NCBI GenBank assembly: GCA_049968255.1 | Contig: JBMFRB010000004.1 | Span: forward strand, 192,001-256,000 | DNA length: 64,000 nt | DNA from: Candidatus Sumerlaeaceae bacterium | Lineage (GTDB): Bacteria; Sumerlaeota; Sumerlaeia; Sumerlaeales; Sumerlaeaceae | Reading direction: 5' to 3' | In this document: piece after piece, positions 1 through 9,514 of the stretch | Position numbering within the stretch: position 1 is the stretch's first letter | How the letters are laid out: every line of letters begins with the position of its first letter | The notes under the pieces: model-generated | The model's input: only the letters and a program-made list of their open reading frames with translations | What the model was told of the DNA's origin: nothing | The model's database searches: none | Position numbers and translations under genes: made by a program

Positions 1-789
1 AGAGATGATGCCAGCGGTGAGAATCAATTTGACGAGGTGCGGACGAACCAGAAGGTAATCTACTCCACCAGCGATCGAGCTCTCCACACTCCCGTTATTC
101 CGCAATTGCGGAAATAACCAACGATCCATTCGCGCTAACTGAACGATGACAGCGAGAAATGAAAGCGCATTGAGCAAAAAGCACATCCCTTCGCCAAACG
201 ACTGATGCGACGGCCACACTCGCTGAAAAAGTGCAATTGCGATACCCGCCAGGCTTGGTCCGATGACCCGAGCAGCATTGAAAGTGAGGGAATTAAGGGC
301 AATGGCATTGTTGAGGTCCTCTTTCGGAACGAGCTGCACAATAAACGCCTGGCGCGTAGGCATGTCAAAAGCCTGCACAATGCCCGCACACGCTGATAAA
401 AGTAAGACGTGCCAAATTTGCACCAATGGCGCGCCATCCTTGCCAGGCAGGAGCGTAAGAGCTGCCAGTGCAAATGCCTGAAACATAAGCAGAATTTGCG
501 TTACAATGACTGTCCGGTGGCGGTCGAATAGGTCCGCCACAAGTCCTCCAACAATGCCCAAGGCGAGAACCGGCACCTGGGAAGCAAAGCCATTGAGCCC
601 GAGCAAAAACGGATCCGAGGTGAGCTTGTAAATCAACCAGCCTTGCGCCGTGCTCTGCATCCATGTGCCGATCAGCGAGATTGCCTGCCCACTGACAAAC
701 AAGCGAAAGTTGCGATGATGAAGTGCCCTTACCGTGTGGAAAAGCGCATCGGTCAATTTCGCTAACACAGCGCGCCAACGTGGGAGCAA
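1..789 (-). CDS. MFS transporter (MFS_3/EntS-like), runs off the left window edge
   Basis: Not in the ORF track. Manual translation gives 'RALHHRNFRLFVSGQAISLIGTWMQSTAQGWLIYKLTSDPFLLGLNGFASQVPVLALGIVGGLVADLFDRHRTVIVTQ', a typical MFS N-terminus with the GxxADxxDR motif. Start is TTG 789 (GAGG upstream) or GTG 768. Confidence 0.85.
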   Translation of the reverse strand, partial: MLPRWRAVLAKLTDALFHTVRALHHRNFRLFVSGQAISLIGTWMQSTAQGWLIYKLTSDPFLLGLNGFASQVPVLALGIVGGLVADLFDRHRTVIVTQILLMFQAFALAALTLLPGKDGAPLVQIWHVLLLSACAGIVQAFDMPTRQAFIVQLVPKEDLNNAIALNSLTFNAARVIGPSLAGIAIALFQRVWPSHQSFGEGMCFLLNALSFLAVIVQLARMDRWLFPQLRNNGSVESSIAGGVDYLLVRPHLVKLILTAGIIS

Positions 790-799
790 AGCCTCTAAA

Positions 800-2167
800 T
801 CACTCAAGTCCATACTCAGCCATTTTTCGGTAGAGCGTCTTTCGTCCCACTCCCAGTTGTCGAGCTGTCTTGGCGCGATTACCGTGATTATAAGCGAGCG
901 CGGCTTGAATCAACAGACGTTTAGCTTCTTCAATCGAGGCCGTCACTGGAACCCTGATGTAGTTCTCTCTGCCTTCCTGCGAATGTATCTCGGGGGGCAG
1001 ATGCTTCAATGTAATCTCCCCACTCGACATGACGAAAGCCCCCTCGAGAACGTTGCGAAGCTGCCGCACATTGCCAGGCCAGTGATAATTCTGAAGTGCC
1101 GTGATCACGGCCGGATGCACTCGCGGCTTTGGTTTGCCGTAAAACCGCGAGAACTCTTCGAGGAAATACTCAATGAGCAGAGGGATGTCCTCTGGGCGTT
1201 CCCGAAGTGGCGGGAGATCAATCTCCACTACTTTCAGCCGATAGTAGAGGTCCTCGCGAAATTTCCCTTCTTTCACAAGCTGGTCGAGGCGCTTATTCGT
1301 TGCCGCAATAATTCGCACGTCTACCTTGATTGTTTGCGAGCCCCCTACGCGCTCAAATTCTCCTTCCTGCAGGACACGGAGGAGTTTCACCTGAAATTCC
1401 GGAGCCGTCTCGCTGATCTCGTCCAGGAACAGAGTTCCACCATCAGCCAGTTCAAAGCGCCCCCGCCGTGTCGCAACGGCACCCGTGAACGCACCCTTCT
1501 CGTGCCCAAACAATTCGCTTTCAAGCAATGTCAGGGGTAGGGCACCGCAGTTCACTTTTATAAAGGGCTTATTGCGCCGAGGGGAGTTCTGGTGGATTGC
1601 GTTAGCGACAAGCTCCTTCCCGGTTCCGCTTTCGCCGTAAATAAGAACACTTGCGCGCGTCGGAGCGACCATTTTAATTTTCTCAAAAACTTCCTGCATG
1701 GCCGCCGATCGGCCGACTATGTTCTCAAATCCAAAGGTGTTTTCAATCCGTTCGCGTAGTTCAACGTTTTCGCGTTCGATCTTCTGCTCGCGCCGCACCC
1801 GGTCTACGCGCAAGATCAGCTCATCGATGTTCACAGGCTTTACAAGGTAATCCACGGCGCCGTCTCTCATTGCTTCCACCGCGTTTTCAATCGAGCCGTG
1901 CCCCGTGAGTATAATCACTGGTATTTCCGGCATCTCGTGCCGGGTTCGCTTCAACAGCTCCATTCCGTCCAGCTCAGGCATGCGTAGGTCGGTGATCACA
2001 AGGTCCACGGGATGTTGACGCAGTAGCTCCAGCGCTTCGAGGCCATTCGCGGCTGTTAGCACCGACACATCCGACGTTTCCAATGCCCAGCGAAGCCCCT
2101 CGCGCGTGTTTTTCTCGTCGTCAACCACGAGAACGGTGAACGCGTTAGCTCTTTTTTTATCCTTCAA
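800..2167 (-). CDS. sigma-54-dependent response regulator (NtrC/AtoC family)
   Basis: Receiver domain (VVDDE, TDLRMP), AAA+ domain (GESGTGKE, GAFTGA, LFLDEI, WPGNVRQL) and C-terminal Fis-type HTH. Confidence 0.95.
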   Translation of the reverse strand: MKDKKRANAFTVLVVDDEKNTREGLRWALETSDVSVLTAANGLEALELLRQHPVDLVITDLRMPELDGMELLKRTRHEMPEIPVIILTGHGSIENAVEAMRDGAVDYLVKPVNIDELILRVDRVRREQKIERENVELRERIENTFGFENIVGRSAAMQEVFEKIKMVAPTRASVLIYGESGTGKELVANAIHQNSPRRNKPFIKVNCGALPLTLLESELFGHEKGAFTGAVATRRGRFELADGGTLFLDEISETAPEFQVKLLRVLQEGEFERVGGSQTIKVDVRIIAATNKRLDQLVKEGKFREDLYYRLKVVEIDLPPLRERPEDIPLLIEYFLEEFSRFYGKPKPRVHPAVITALQNYHWPGNVRQLRNVLEGAFVMSSGEITLKHLPPEIHSQEGRENYIRVPVTASIEEAKRLLIQAALAYNHGNRAKTARQLGVGRKTLYRKMAEYGLE

Positions 2168-2220
2168 TGCTATCCTCTTATTTTGCTATTAAGACAATCT
2201 AAATCTCGTTTCACCGACGC

Positions 2221-4587
2221 TTATTCCCTTCCGAATTCAAACAAGGTGGTGCGGAGTTTCTTGGCGTCTTTCGCCGGCGGCGCACAAGCCTCTGCTGTGC
2301 AGACATATCCCACAGCTTTACCGTCTTTCGAAGGCAGGTAGTCAGTCTTTGCCGCTGCCTCTGGTGCAAGAACCTCCACACATTTACCTACACGGAAAGT
2401 CCCAAGTGCTGTGCGCCACAGTTCAAGCGTGTCTTTTTGTCCGATTGCCCCAACAATGATTGCCTTTGGCGGGCCGAAAGCGACTGTGAGCAAAGACCGG
2501 CCATAAGAAGACAGTTTCTCATCCCACCACTCGCCTTGGCGGTAGACTAACCCTACGCACTCGGTGCTTCGTGCCATGAACTTGTTTTGACCGGTGAGCC
2601 GGTATAACTGAAACCAAACCCGGGCGGCCGTTGCGTTCGGAGAATCAATCAGTGCGTCCTGAACCGGGATAAGTGGTAAGTGCCACAGCTCGGCCGCAGT
2701 ACCCTGCTCGCCATCGTAATAAATAGCTCTGCCACTGGCAGCATATTGAGCGTGGACACGCTCCATCAACTCCTCGGCAGCCTGAATCAGGGCATGATTG
2801 CCACTGATCTCTGCACAGTCCAGCAGTGCCTCAGCCATTGCAACCTGATCCTCCAACAAAACCCATGAGCGGTCCGGAGTTTGACCGCGTCCTAAGTAAT
2901 GCACGATTCCGGTGTTAGTCGTCGCCTGATCCAAAAGCTCGCTCACTGTTTTTATCGCAAAATCGCGCCCCTGCTTGTCCCCTAAATAACGCCAGGCGTC
3001 GGCGTATGCGCAAACCATGGATGCGTTCCACGAAACAACACGCGCTTTATTGACGAGGGGGAAATCGTCGCGTTCATATCGTTTGGCGCGGAGAAATTGC
3101 GTGGCACTTGTGAGCGCTTTCTGTGCCGTTGCCGCTTTGATATTGAGCGCTGTTGCAACCTCAGAGAGCGCCTGGCTACGGCGAAGCATGCGCTTTTCCG
3201 TCCGATTGCCACTGTCAAGCCCGTAGAGCCGTAAAACAACCTCTCGCTCCAATGGTTTATCCAGTGCTTCCATGATCTCCGCCGCCGACCATGTAAAGTA
3301 TGCTTCGGGCGCATGCGGATTGGCGTCCGGCTGCTGGCTAGAATAGAAACCCCCATGCTGATCTTCGAATGTGTCGCGCATGAACGACAAAACATGCTCT
3401 GCTTCCTCCCGATAAGAGCTCTTGCCAGTTGCTGCATAGGCCCAGCAGTAGGCCCGCAACATTATCGCCTGATCAGGAAGGAGCTTACCATCGAGGGCAA
3501 ATCCAGACGCATCTAGTCGGTGGAAATAGCCTCCCAAGATCGGATCCTTGAGGGGGCTTGTCGCTAATGCATCCAGGATCTGCTCAGCCACGGCGAGCGA
3601 TACACTGCTACCGGTGTCGGAATAATGATGAAGAGCGAGCAACACCATCCGCCCCCACGGCGCTGTTTCGCGAAGAGCACCGTCCTTTTTCAAGTCAGCT
3701 CCCGCCCGGTGAATGATCTCCGCCGTACGGCGCGCCGCATCCTCCTTGTTTATTTCAGCGGTCGGAGAAGTTTGCAACAACTGCGCCCGTGCCTCGCTTA
3801 CGAGTTGCTCGAACCTTTTGGCCTGAGCTACAGCTCGATCTTTGCTTGAGCGATAAACCTGCTCCACGGCCTTTAGAAAATCCAACATTCCCGTTGCGCC
3901 GCTGGTTTCAGCACGCGCGGGCAGGTACGACGTTGCTTCGAAAGGCGCCCCGTCGGGTAAGGCGGCGATAACCAGCGAACCGCGAGCTGCGTCGCCACGC
4001 AAAATGGCATGAAACAACTCGTAGCGCTGTGCTACCTCAGGACGTTCGTCGACATCCACCTTCAAGGGCACAAAGTGTGTGTTGAGAAAGTCAGCAACCT
4101 GCGGGTCGTTAAAAGTCTCCTCATCAAGAGCTCGGCTTTCCAATGACCAACTTGCCCCTAGTGCTACAATCACGGGGCGGTCGAGTTGCCGTGCTGCCTC
4201 GAACGCCTCTTTTGCCCAGGGATGCCAATGCACCGGGGCGCTTGTGAGAGAGCGAAGATACGGGCTTGCTTCGTCTGCCAGGCAATTCTCGTCTCTATAT
4301 TGCACGACTGGCGTCGTTATCTTGGAGGCCGGGGATGCCTCTGGTACTGTGGTAAGTGCTTCCTCTGCTGGACTGGTTGTCTGGTCCTTTGCTTCAACAC
4401 CGGTGGTTTGTGGCTCAACTGCTAAAGTGCGCTGCTCGGAGGTGGGACTAGTGCCTTCCGAGGATTTTGCCAATGGTGTCTCAAGAGCCTCGGGAAATTC
4501 TTTTTTTGACTGCTGACATCCCAGTAAGAAGGCGGCTATGACACCGACCACCATGATTCCGCGCAGCAAGCTAAATGCTTTGCTCAT
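2221..4587 (-). CDS. YyaL/DUF255 (SPATA20-like) thioredoxin-fold plus alpha/alpha-barrel protein, predicted lipoprotein
   Basis: Motifs 'EASPYLRS...PVHWHPW', 'KVDVDERPE', 'GGFYSSQ', 'SWNASM', 'LEDQ' and 'YVC...C'. N-terminal lipobox LLGC is followed by a T/S/E/P-rich linker. Confidence 0.85.
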   Translation of the reverse strand: MSKAFSLLRGIMVVGVIAAFLLGCQQSKKEFPEALETPLAKSSEGTSPTSEQRTLAVEPQTTGVEAKDQTTSPAEEALTTVPEASPASKITTPVVQYRDENCLADEASPYLRSLTSAPVHWHPWAKEAFEAARQLDRPVIVALGASWSLESRALDEETFNDPQVADFLNTHFVPLKVDVDERPEVAQRYELFHAILRGDAARGSLVIAALPDGAPFEATSYLPARAETSGATGMLDFLKAVEQVYRSSKDRAVAQAKRFEQLVSEARAQLLQTSPTAEINKEDAARRTAEIIHRAGADLKKDGALRETAPWGRMVLLALHHYSDTGSSVSLAVAEQILDALATSPLKDPILGGYFHRLDASGFALDGKLLPDQAIMLRAYCWAYAATGKSSYREEAEHVLSFMRDTFEDQHGGFYSSQQPDANPHAPEAYFTWSAAEIMEALDKPLEREVVLRLYGLDSGNRTEKRMLRRSQALSEVATALNIKAATAQKALTSATQFLRAKRYERDDFPLVNKARVVSWNASMVCAYADAWRYLGDKQGRDFAIKTVSELLDQATTNTGIVHYLGRGQTPDRSWVLLEDQVAMAEALLDCAEISGNHALIQAAEELMERVHAQYAASGRAIYYDGEQGTAAELWHLPLIPVQDALIDSPNATAARVWFQLYRLTGQNKFMARSTECVGLVYRQGEWWDEKLSSYGRSLLTVAFGPPKAIIVGAIGQKDTLELWRTALGTFRVGKCVEVLAPEAAAKTDYLPSKDGKAVGYVCTAEACAPPAKDAKKLRTTLFEFGRE

Positions 4588-4643
4588 CTCGCGATTCTCC
4601 TACGCAATCCATACGTTTTGGTGCTAGGCAGTTCCCGCCTCCC

Positions 4644-5711
4644 TCAAGAGAGCCCTTGCTGCTGATCCTTTGCGGGTGTAATATTCTCTTCGAGTCTCGC
4701 CCGAAGAAGCGCCGCAGCTTTCTCCGGCAACACAGGATTCACAGAGATCCCTGTTCCGTATTCGAAGCCATTGAGTTCTCGCAGGCGCGGGACAATCTCA
4801 ATGTGCCAATGGTAATAATCGGCGAGGGGCGTCTGGTGAGTATCAAACTGCTTCTCCAGCCGAACGGGACTCGTGTGAATAATAAGATTGTACGGCGAGT
4901 TTCGGAGCTCGATCGCCAATGCACGGGCACTGTGCTGGAGCGCTCGAGCTAACGTCACGATCTTCTCGTCTGGCAAGTCCTGAAACCGGCTTTGGTGCTC
5001 AATCGGTAAAATCCATGTCTCGAAAGGAATTCGCGCTGCAAAAGGTTCCAAAACCAAAAAATCCCCATTTCGAAAAACGATTCTCCCACCGCTCTCTGAT
5101 TCCTGGTTCACAATATCGCAAAAGACGCAACGCTCTTTCATTTGCCAATATTCAGCCGCGCGACCGATCTCTTCCCGTACGGCGCGCGGAATCACCGGCA
5201 ACGCGAAAACCAGCGAATGGGGATGAGCAAGACGTGCACCCGCCCGAATGCCATAATTCCTACACACTTGAATATAGCGAAAGCGCGGATCCTTGAGCAG
5301 GTCGCGCATACGTTCCCGGTACATCCAAATGATGTCACACAACTGTTGTTCATCGAACTCGGAAAACAGCGCATAGTGGTTGGGCGTCTCGACAATGATT
5401 TCGTGAGCCCCGATCCCATTCATCATATCGTAAAGCCCTTCACCCCGTCGCTCCAACTGCCCTTCAATTCTCAGCACAGCATTCTGATCAGGAATTGTGC
5501 GCACACGCCAGCCTGGGCCATTTGGTTTTGAGTCGGAGGGGCGAATTGCTGCGATCTCGGGCGGGGTTTGAAACTCGTGGCCTTCGCAGAAAGGACATGT
5601 CTCCGGTCCCTCACGGTTTTCGTCCTCGCAGGGCGAAATAGAAGAACGAAACTCCTCCTCGGGGTAGATAGTCCAGCCGTAGCTTGTAGGATCCCGTCGC
5701 AGAAGACTCAT
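4644..5711 (-). CDS. galactose-1-phosphate uridylyltransferase-like (GalT, HIT superfamily), divergent
   Basis: Motifs CPFC, 'GIGAHEIIVETPNH', 'HPHS', 'CVFCDI', 'PFETWILP' and 'YHWHIEIVPRL...GFEYGTG...NPVLPE'. Confidence 0.85.
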   Translation of the reverse strand: MSLLRRDPTSYGWTIYPEEEFRSSISPCEDENREGPETCPFCEGHEFQTPPEIAAIRPSDSKPNGPGWRVRTIPDQNAVLRIEGQLERRGEGLYDMMNGIGAHEIIVETPNHYALFSEFDEQQLCDIIWMYRERMRDLLKDPRFRYIQVCRNYGIRAGARLAHPHSLVFALPVIPRAVREEIGRAAEYWQMKERCVFCDIVNQESESGGRIVFRNGDFLVLEPFAARIPFETWILPIEHQSRFQDLPDEKIVTLARALQHSARALAIELRNSPYNLIIHTSPVRLEKQFDTHQTPLADYYHWHIEIVPRLRELNGFEYGTGISVNPVLPEKAAALLRARLEENITPAKDQQQGLS

Positions 5712-5930
5712 CGATCGTCCCTTCCATCCGTTGTCGCGTTGTCATTGCTCTGGCTATTCCACCTGACCATTGCTCTGAGACGGTTTCAACGGTAGAATAA
5801 TCTATCGACCCAGCGGCCGGCATGGGCAAGAGAGATGTTTTCCAGCACAGATTGCCAAACGCAGGGTGATTAACCGGCACGCTTACCTGCTGTTGGCTGG
5901 CTGTGCCCCTTGCCGGATGGGCATAGCCCC

Positions 5931-5961
5931 AAAAAGAAAAGACCCCCGATTTTCGAGGGTC
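5931..5961 (-). terminator. intrinsic terminator
   Basis: The minus strand reads GACCCTCGA-AAA-TCGGGGGTC followed by TTTTCTTTTT. Confidence 0.7.
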
Positions 5962-6062
5962 TAATCTTGAGGTTAGGAGGTTATGGTAAACTGTCCGAGG
6001 ACAGCTGCTGGAACTCTTTTTCAATCTCTCCTGCCGGAGAGTGCTCTGGCCTGCTGCACTGT
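5931..6062 (-). ncRNA. candidate structured small RNA (or structured 3' UTR)
   Basis: Two hairpins (6026-6041 and 5991-6004), a single-stranded UAACCUCCUAACCUC tract, a terminator, and an upstream TATGAT -10-like hexamer. Confidence 0.3.
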
Positions 6063-6102
6063 TTCAGACATCATATCCTCAAAAAAGGTTCCCAACGTTT
6101 TT

Positions 6103-8445
6103 TCATTTTTTTGCATCCACGAGTTTCGACAAGTCCTCTGGCAGTTGCTCTAGCCCATCTTCTGCGAACTCCACGATAGCCTGCCCAAGTTTTACACGTA
6201 TTTTATCGCTCAAGCGGAAGATAGCCCGCAGTTCCGGATGCATGTGCACGAGCTCAAAGTAAGCCTGCGAATAGTTTCTCACGCGCACGACTTCTTTAGC
6301 CTCTACCGTACCTTCCTCCATCCACATATCGCCAACCCGCACGAAGCCACGTCCCGCGATCCACTTCAACGGCACCTCATCGGTCGTGAGACCGCTAGGT
6401 ACGGATTTCGCTTCTTTCATGCTCCGAACCGCCTTCGCTGCGGCTATGGCCGCTTCCCCGCTCTCAGCACGCAGTGCTTTCAGCGGCGCCAGTGCGACGC
6501 CTGCTTGCATACCCATCGCGCGCCGCCCAATTGTCAAGTGCTGTGGCGGTTCAACTAGTGGACGGTCGTGTGCTGAGGCTGAAGGTGCACTCTGTGGGAA
6601 TAACTCAGGTTTGTCTTCCACGACAAGGTACGAAGTGAACGGGGTGACGATACCGTAACGCTTTGCCAGGCTCACGATCTCGTCGCGGATCTCTTTTGAG
6701 TCCGGCTTGTCGCGCAATGCATCCAGCAAATAGCCCACCTTTCTCGTCGCCCACAGCGTTTCGATCGGTTCGTTCCCGCGCGCCTCTTCGGGCAGTGATT
6801 TCTCAAAATCAAATTGCGCAGGCGCTTCTCCAATATTTCCGCGCAACCTGATAAGGACAGGGCCACTCTTTTTGTAGCGTCCGAAAACGGTGAGCTGTTC
6901 TCCGAAAAAAAGATCAGGCAAAACCTTGGGATAGAAGTCAAAGACCTCTCCGCCCTCAAATGTGAGCTCAAGAGAACTCAAGGCCGGTCGGGCAACTTTA
7001 TCGAAAAGCCGCGAGACTGGCAGCTCGAGATCCTCCTCGGGCGCCACATAATCCGCACAGGCACGCGTGCGCTCAGCAATTTGATCAAGCAGGTGCGTGT
7101 TAACGTCGTGGCCCACCCCGAAAGCAAAAATGCGTAACTCTTTTCCTCGCGTGCCTTGCTCAATCCGCTCGAGAATTTTGTCCGTCGCCGTGATGCCAAC
7201 TGTTGGAAGGCCGTCCGTCGCAAAGAGAACAAGCTTGCGGCGCTTGTGACTTGCAGTGGTATCCGGCTCACTTGCCGCGACTTTTATTGCTACATCGAGT
7301 GCATCCGCGATGTTTGTTCCGCCAGCAGCTCGTAAATTCTCGAGCCAGTGCTTGGCGCGGGCAATTTCCTCGCTGGTTGCATGCACGAGTTGGTCGCGGT
7401 AGGTCTCAGTCTCCGTGGCAAATCGGACCAGAGCAAAGCAATCATGCGGATTCAGTTGGCTCAGGCAATAGTTCACAGCGCGCCGTGCTTGGTCAATTTT
7501 GCCACTTTCGCTCATCGAGCCACTTGTATCGAGTACGAAGACGAGATCGAGCGGTACGGATGTTTGCTCTTGGCTTTTCACTGGTGGGCTCAACATCAGG
7601 CAAAAATATCCAGCTTCAGGAGGATGACGCGAAGCCAGAAGGGTCACCGCCACATCTTTTTCCCGATAATCGTACAGGAGGACAAAGTGTTTGCTCCAGT
7701 CTGTCTCGCTCGTCGGGACGATTTTTACTTCGGTAGAGTTTTCTCCAACGTCTCGTGTTTCGATCTTATGCGTGGGGGAGTAAACATTTCCGAGTTTCCG
7801 CGGTGCCTCGATTGAAACCGTGAACTCTACGTCCAGTTGTTTAGCCTTGCCATGTCTCCGGCTTGTGCGACCCCCTTGCATCATTGCTGGATCTGGACCA
7901 CCCATCGGAAAAACATAGCGAAAAATGCCCTGCTGCGCAGACAGTGGTTGGCTGAATTCGATCTCGATGGTCTGTGAGCTGCCTGCCGGCACAGGGAAAA
8001 CCGCTACCCGAAAAAGATTCCACTCGGCCCACTCCAACACGCCAGGATCCTTCATGCGTCGCACGATGTCTTCGTAAATCCTGCGTGCTTTATCTTTTTC
8101 GAGAATTTCTCCACGCTGCGGCTTGCCGTTTACATAAAGCACGAAATCGGTCACGCTTGCTCCTGGGGGCAAAGGAAAGAAAAAATCCACCTCCAAGGGT
8201 CGAGGATTCGGATTGAAAAACTCCTGGTGAACCCGAGTGCGAGCAATGTTTTCACGTATTCGGGTATCAATTACGGCTCGCCCGGGCTCAATCGCCAAAA
8301 CATCCCGCGGCCGGGGAACGAGGAGCCCGAGTCCCCAGCTTGCCTGAGCGTGCAGGCTCGCAAAACCCAAAATCGCGAGCATACTTTTTTGAAACAGACC
8401 AGAGACAAAGGCTCTGGAACTGTTCCCAAACACTTTCCCCTTCAC
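6103..8445 (-). CDS. VIT + vWA domain protein (ITIH-like), probably exported
   Basis: VIT domain ('ARTRVHQEFFNP...FPLP'), vWA MIDAS 'VLDTSGSM', 'AGGTNI', 'TDG', and 'IVTPFTSYLV'. Signal-like N-terminus. Confidence 0.9.
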   Translation of the reverse strand: MKGKVFGNSSRAFVSGLFQKSMLAILGFASLHAQASWGLGLLVPRPRDVLAIEPGRAVIDTRIRENIARTRVHQEFFNPNPRPLEVDFFFPLPPGASVTDFVLYVNGKPQRGEILEKDKARRIYEDIVRRMKDPGVLEWAEWNLFRVAVFPVPAGSSQTIEIEFSQPLSAQQGIFRYVFPMGGPDPAMMQGGRTSRRHGKAKQLDVEFTVSIEAPRKLGNVYSPTHKIETRDVGENSTEVKIVPTSETDWSKHFVLLYDYREKDVAVTLLASRHPPEAGYFCLMLSPPVKSQEQTSVPLDLVFVLDTSGSMSESGKIDQARRAVNYCLSQLNPHDCFALVRFATETETYRDQLVHATSEEIARAKHWLENLRAAGGTNIADALDVAIKVAASEPDTTASHKRRKLVLFATDGLPTVGITATDKILERIEQGTRGKELRIFAFGVGHDVNTHLLDQIAERTRACADYVAPEEDLELPVSRLFDKVARPALSSLELTFEGGEVFDFYPKVLPDLFFGEQLTVFGRYKKSGPVLIRLRGNIGEAPAQFDFEKSLPEEARGNEPIETLWATRKVGYLLDALRDKPDSKEIRDEIVSLAKRYGIVTPFTSYLVVEDKPELFPQSAPSASAHDRPLVEPPQHLTIGRRAMGMQAGVALAPLKALRAESGEAAIAAAKAVRSMKEAKSVPSGLTTDEVPLKWIAGRGFVRVGDMWMEEGTVEAKEVVRVRNYSQAYFELVHMHPELRAIFRLSDKIRVKLGQAIVEFAEDGLEQLPEDLSKLVDAKK

Positions 8446-8543
8446 GGCTGTGCTCCTTTCGCTTGCGCACCCTAATGCTCTTTAGACTCATTGTGGCAGA
8501 AAAGGTTTGCCACCCAAAACTCATAAAACTGAGGGACGGCATC

Positions 8544-9329
8544 ATGAAACTCACAAAAGAAGGCCAGAAACTACCTCCCATCGTTTTGCTCCATGCTTTT
8601 CCTCTCGACGGACGTATGTGGCGCGAGCAAATGGCGTACCTCTCTGCTCACACTCAAGTCTTCGCCCCGAACGTCCGCGGGTTCGGTGGAGCGATTGGCT
8701 GTGCAGAGTACCCCGAATGGTCCGTACGCGCCTTTGCCTGGGACTTATTGCTTTTCCTTGATCGAAACGGCTTGGACAAAGTGATCCTAGGGGGCTGTTC
8801 GATGGGCGGCTATATCGCTTTCGAATTCTGGCGGCAATATCCAGCCCGCGTTGCCGGGATGATTCTCTGCGATACGCGTGCGGAGGCTGACACGGAGGAA
8901 ATTCGCGCCCGGCGCCGTGAGCAGATCGAACGTATTCGTCGCGAAGGACTTGGCTTTCTCGCGAATTTTGTTGAGGGAAACCTTGTCTCGCCCAAAACAC
9001 GTCAGCGAAACCCTGCGCTTGTCCAGGAAATCGTATCATGGACCCTTCAAGCCCATCCGGAAAGCGTGATAGGAATCTTGGAGGCATTGGCGTCACGTCC
9101 GGACTCTACCGAAACGCTCCCCACGATCAATGTCCCCGTGCTATTGCTCTTCGGCGCGGACGATATCGTCACTCCAAAGGATTGCGGCGTTCGCATGCTG
9201 GCGCGTCTGCCGCAAGCCACTATGGAGATTGTCGCCGACGCCGGTCACCTCGCACCTATCGAGTCCCCTGAGCCGGTGAACAAAGCTATCGAGGACTATC
9301 TGGCTTGTTGGGCAGCAAATGCAGGATAA
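8544..9329 (+). CDS. alpha/beta hydrolase
   Basis: 'LLHAFPLD', nucleophile elbow GCSMGG, catalytic Asp (GADD) and His (AGHLAP). ATG 8544 with an upstream GAGGGA is preferred over 8340. Confidence 0.9.
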   Translation: MKLTKEGQKLPPIVLLHAFPLDGRMWREQMAYLSAHTQVFAPNVRGFGGAIGCAEYPEWSVRAFAWDLLLFLDRNGLDKVILGGCSMGGYIAFEFWRQYPARVAGMILCDTRAEADTEEIRARRREQIERIRREGLGFLANFVEGNLVSPKTRQRNPALVQEIVSWTLQAHPESVIGILEALASRPDSTETLPTINVPVLLLFGADDIVTPKDCGVRMLARLPQATMEIVADAGHLAPIESPEPVNKAIEDYLACWAANAG

Positions 9330-9450
9330 AAAAAGAATATTCTGCCGCCGGCTGTTCTGTGTCAAAATTGGGAATTTTCGCATGCGTGACCCGGGGGGCC
9401 TCTGATCCCCGTTACTGTCCGAAATTCGTGCACAAATCATTGATTCGTTG

Positions 9451-9478
9451 TTGACGTCGTGAAAGAACTCTAAATAAT
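9451..9478 (+). promoter_or_regulatory. possible sigma70 promoter of the GH13-malFG operon
   Basis: TTGACG-N16-AATAAT upstream of the 9509/9515 start. Confidence 0.35.
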
Positions 9479-9514
9479 TGGATCGATTCAATAAAATGAC
9501 CGGAGTCTTTGCTA

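Noticed and set aside
734-1540. 268-aa plus-strand ORF
   Set aside because: Antisense shadow of the well-conserved sigma54 regulator, with no motifs of its own.
5871-5890. Possible sigma54 promoter CGGCAC...TGC
   Set aside because: GG-to-GC spacing is 11 rather than 10, and no plus-strand gene follows.
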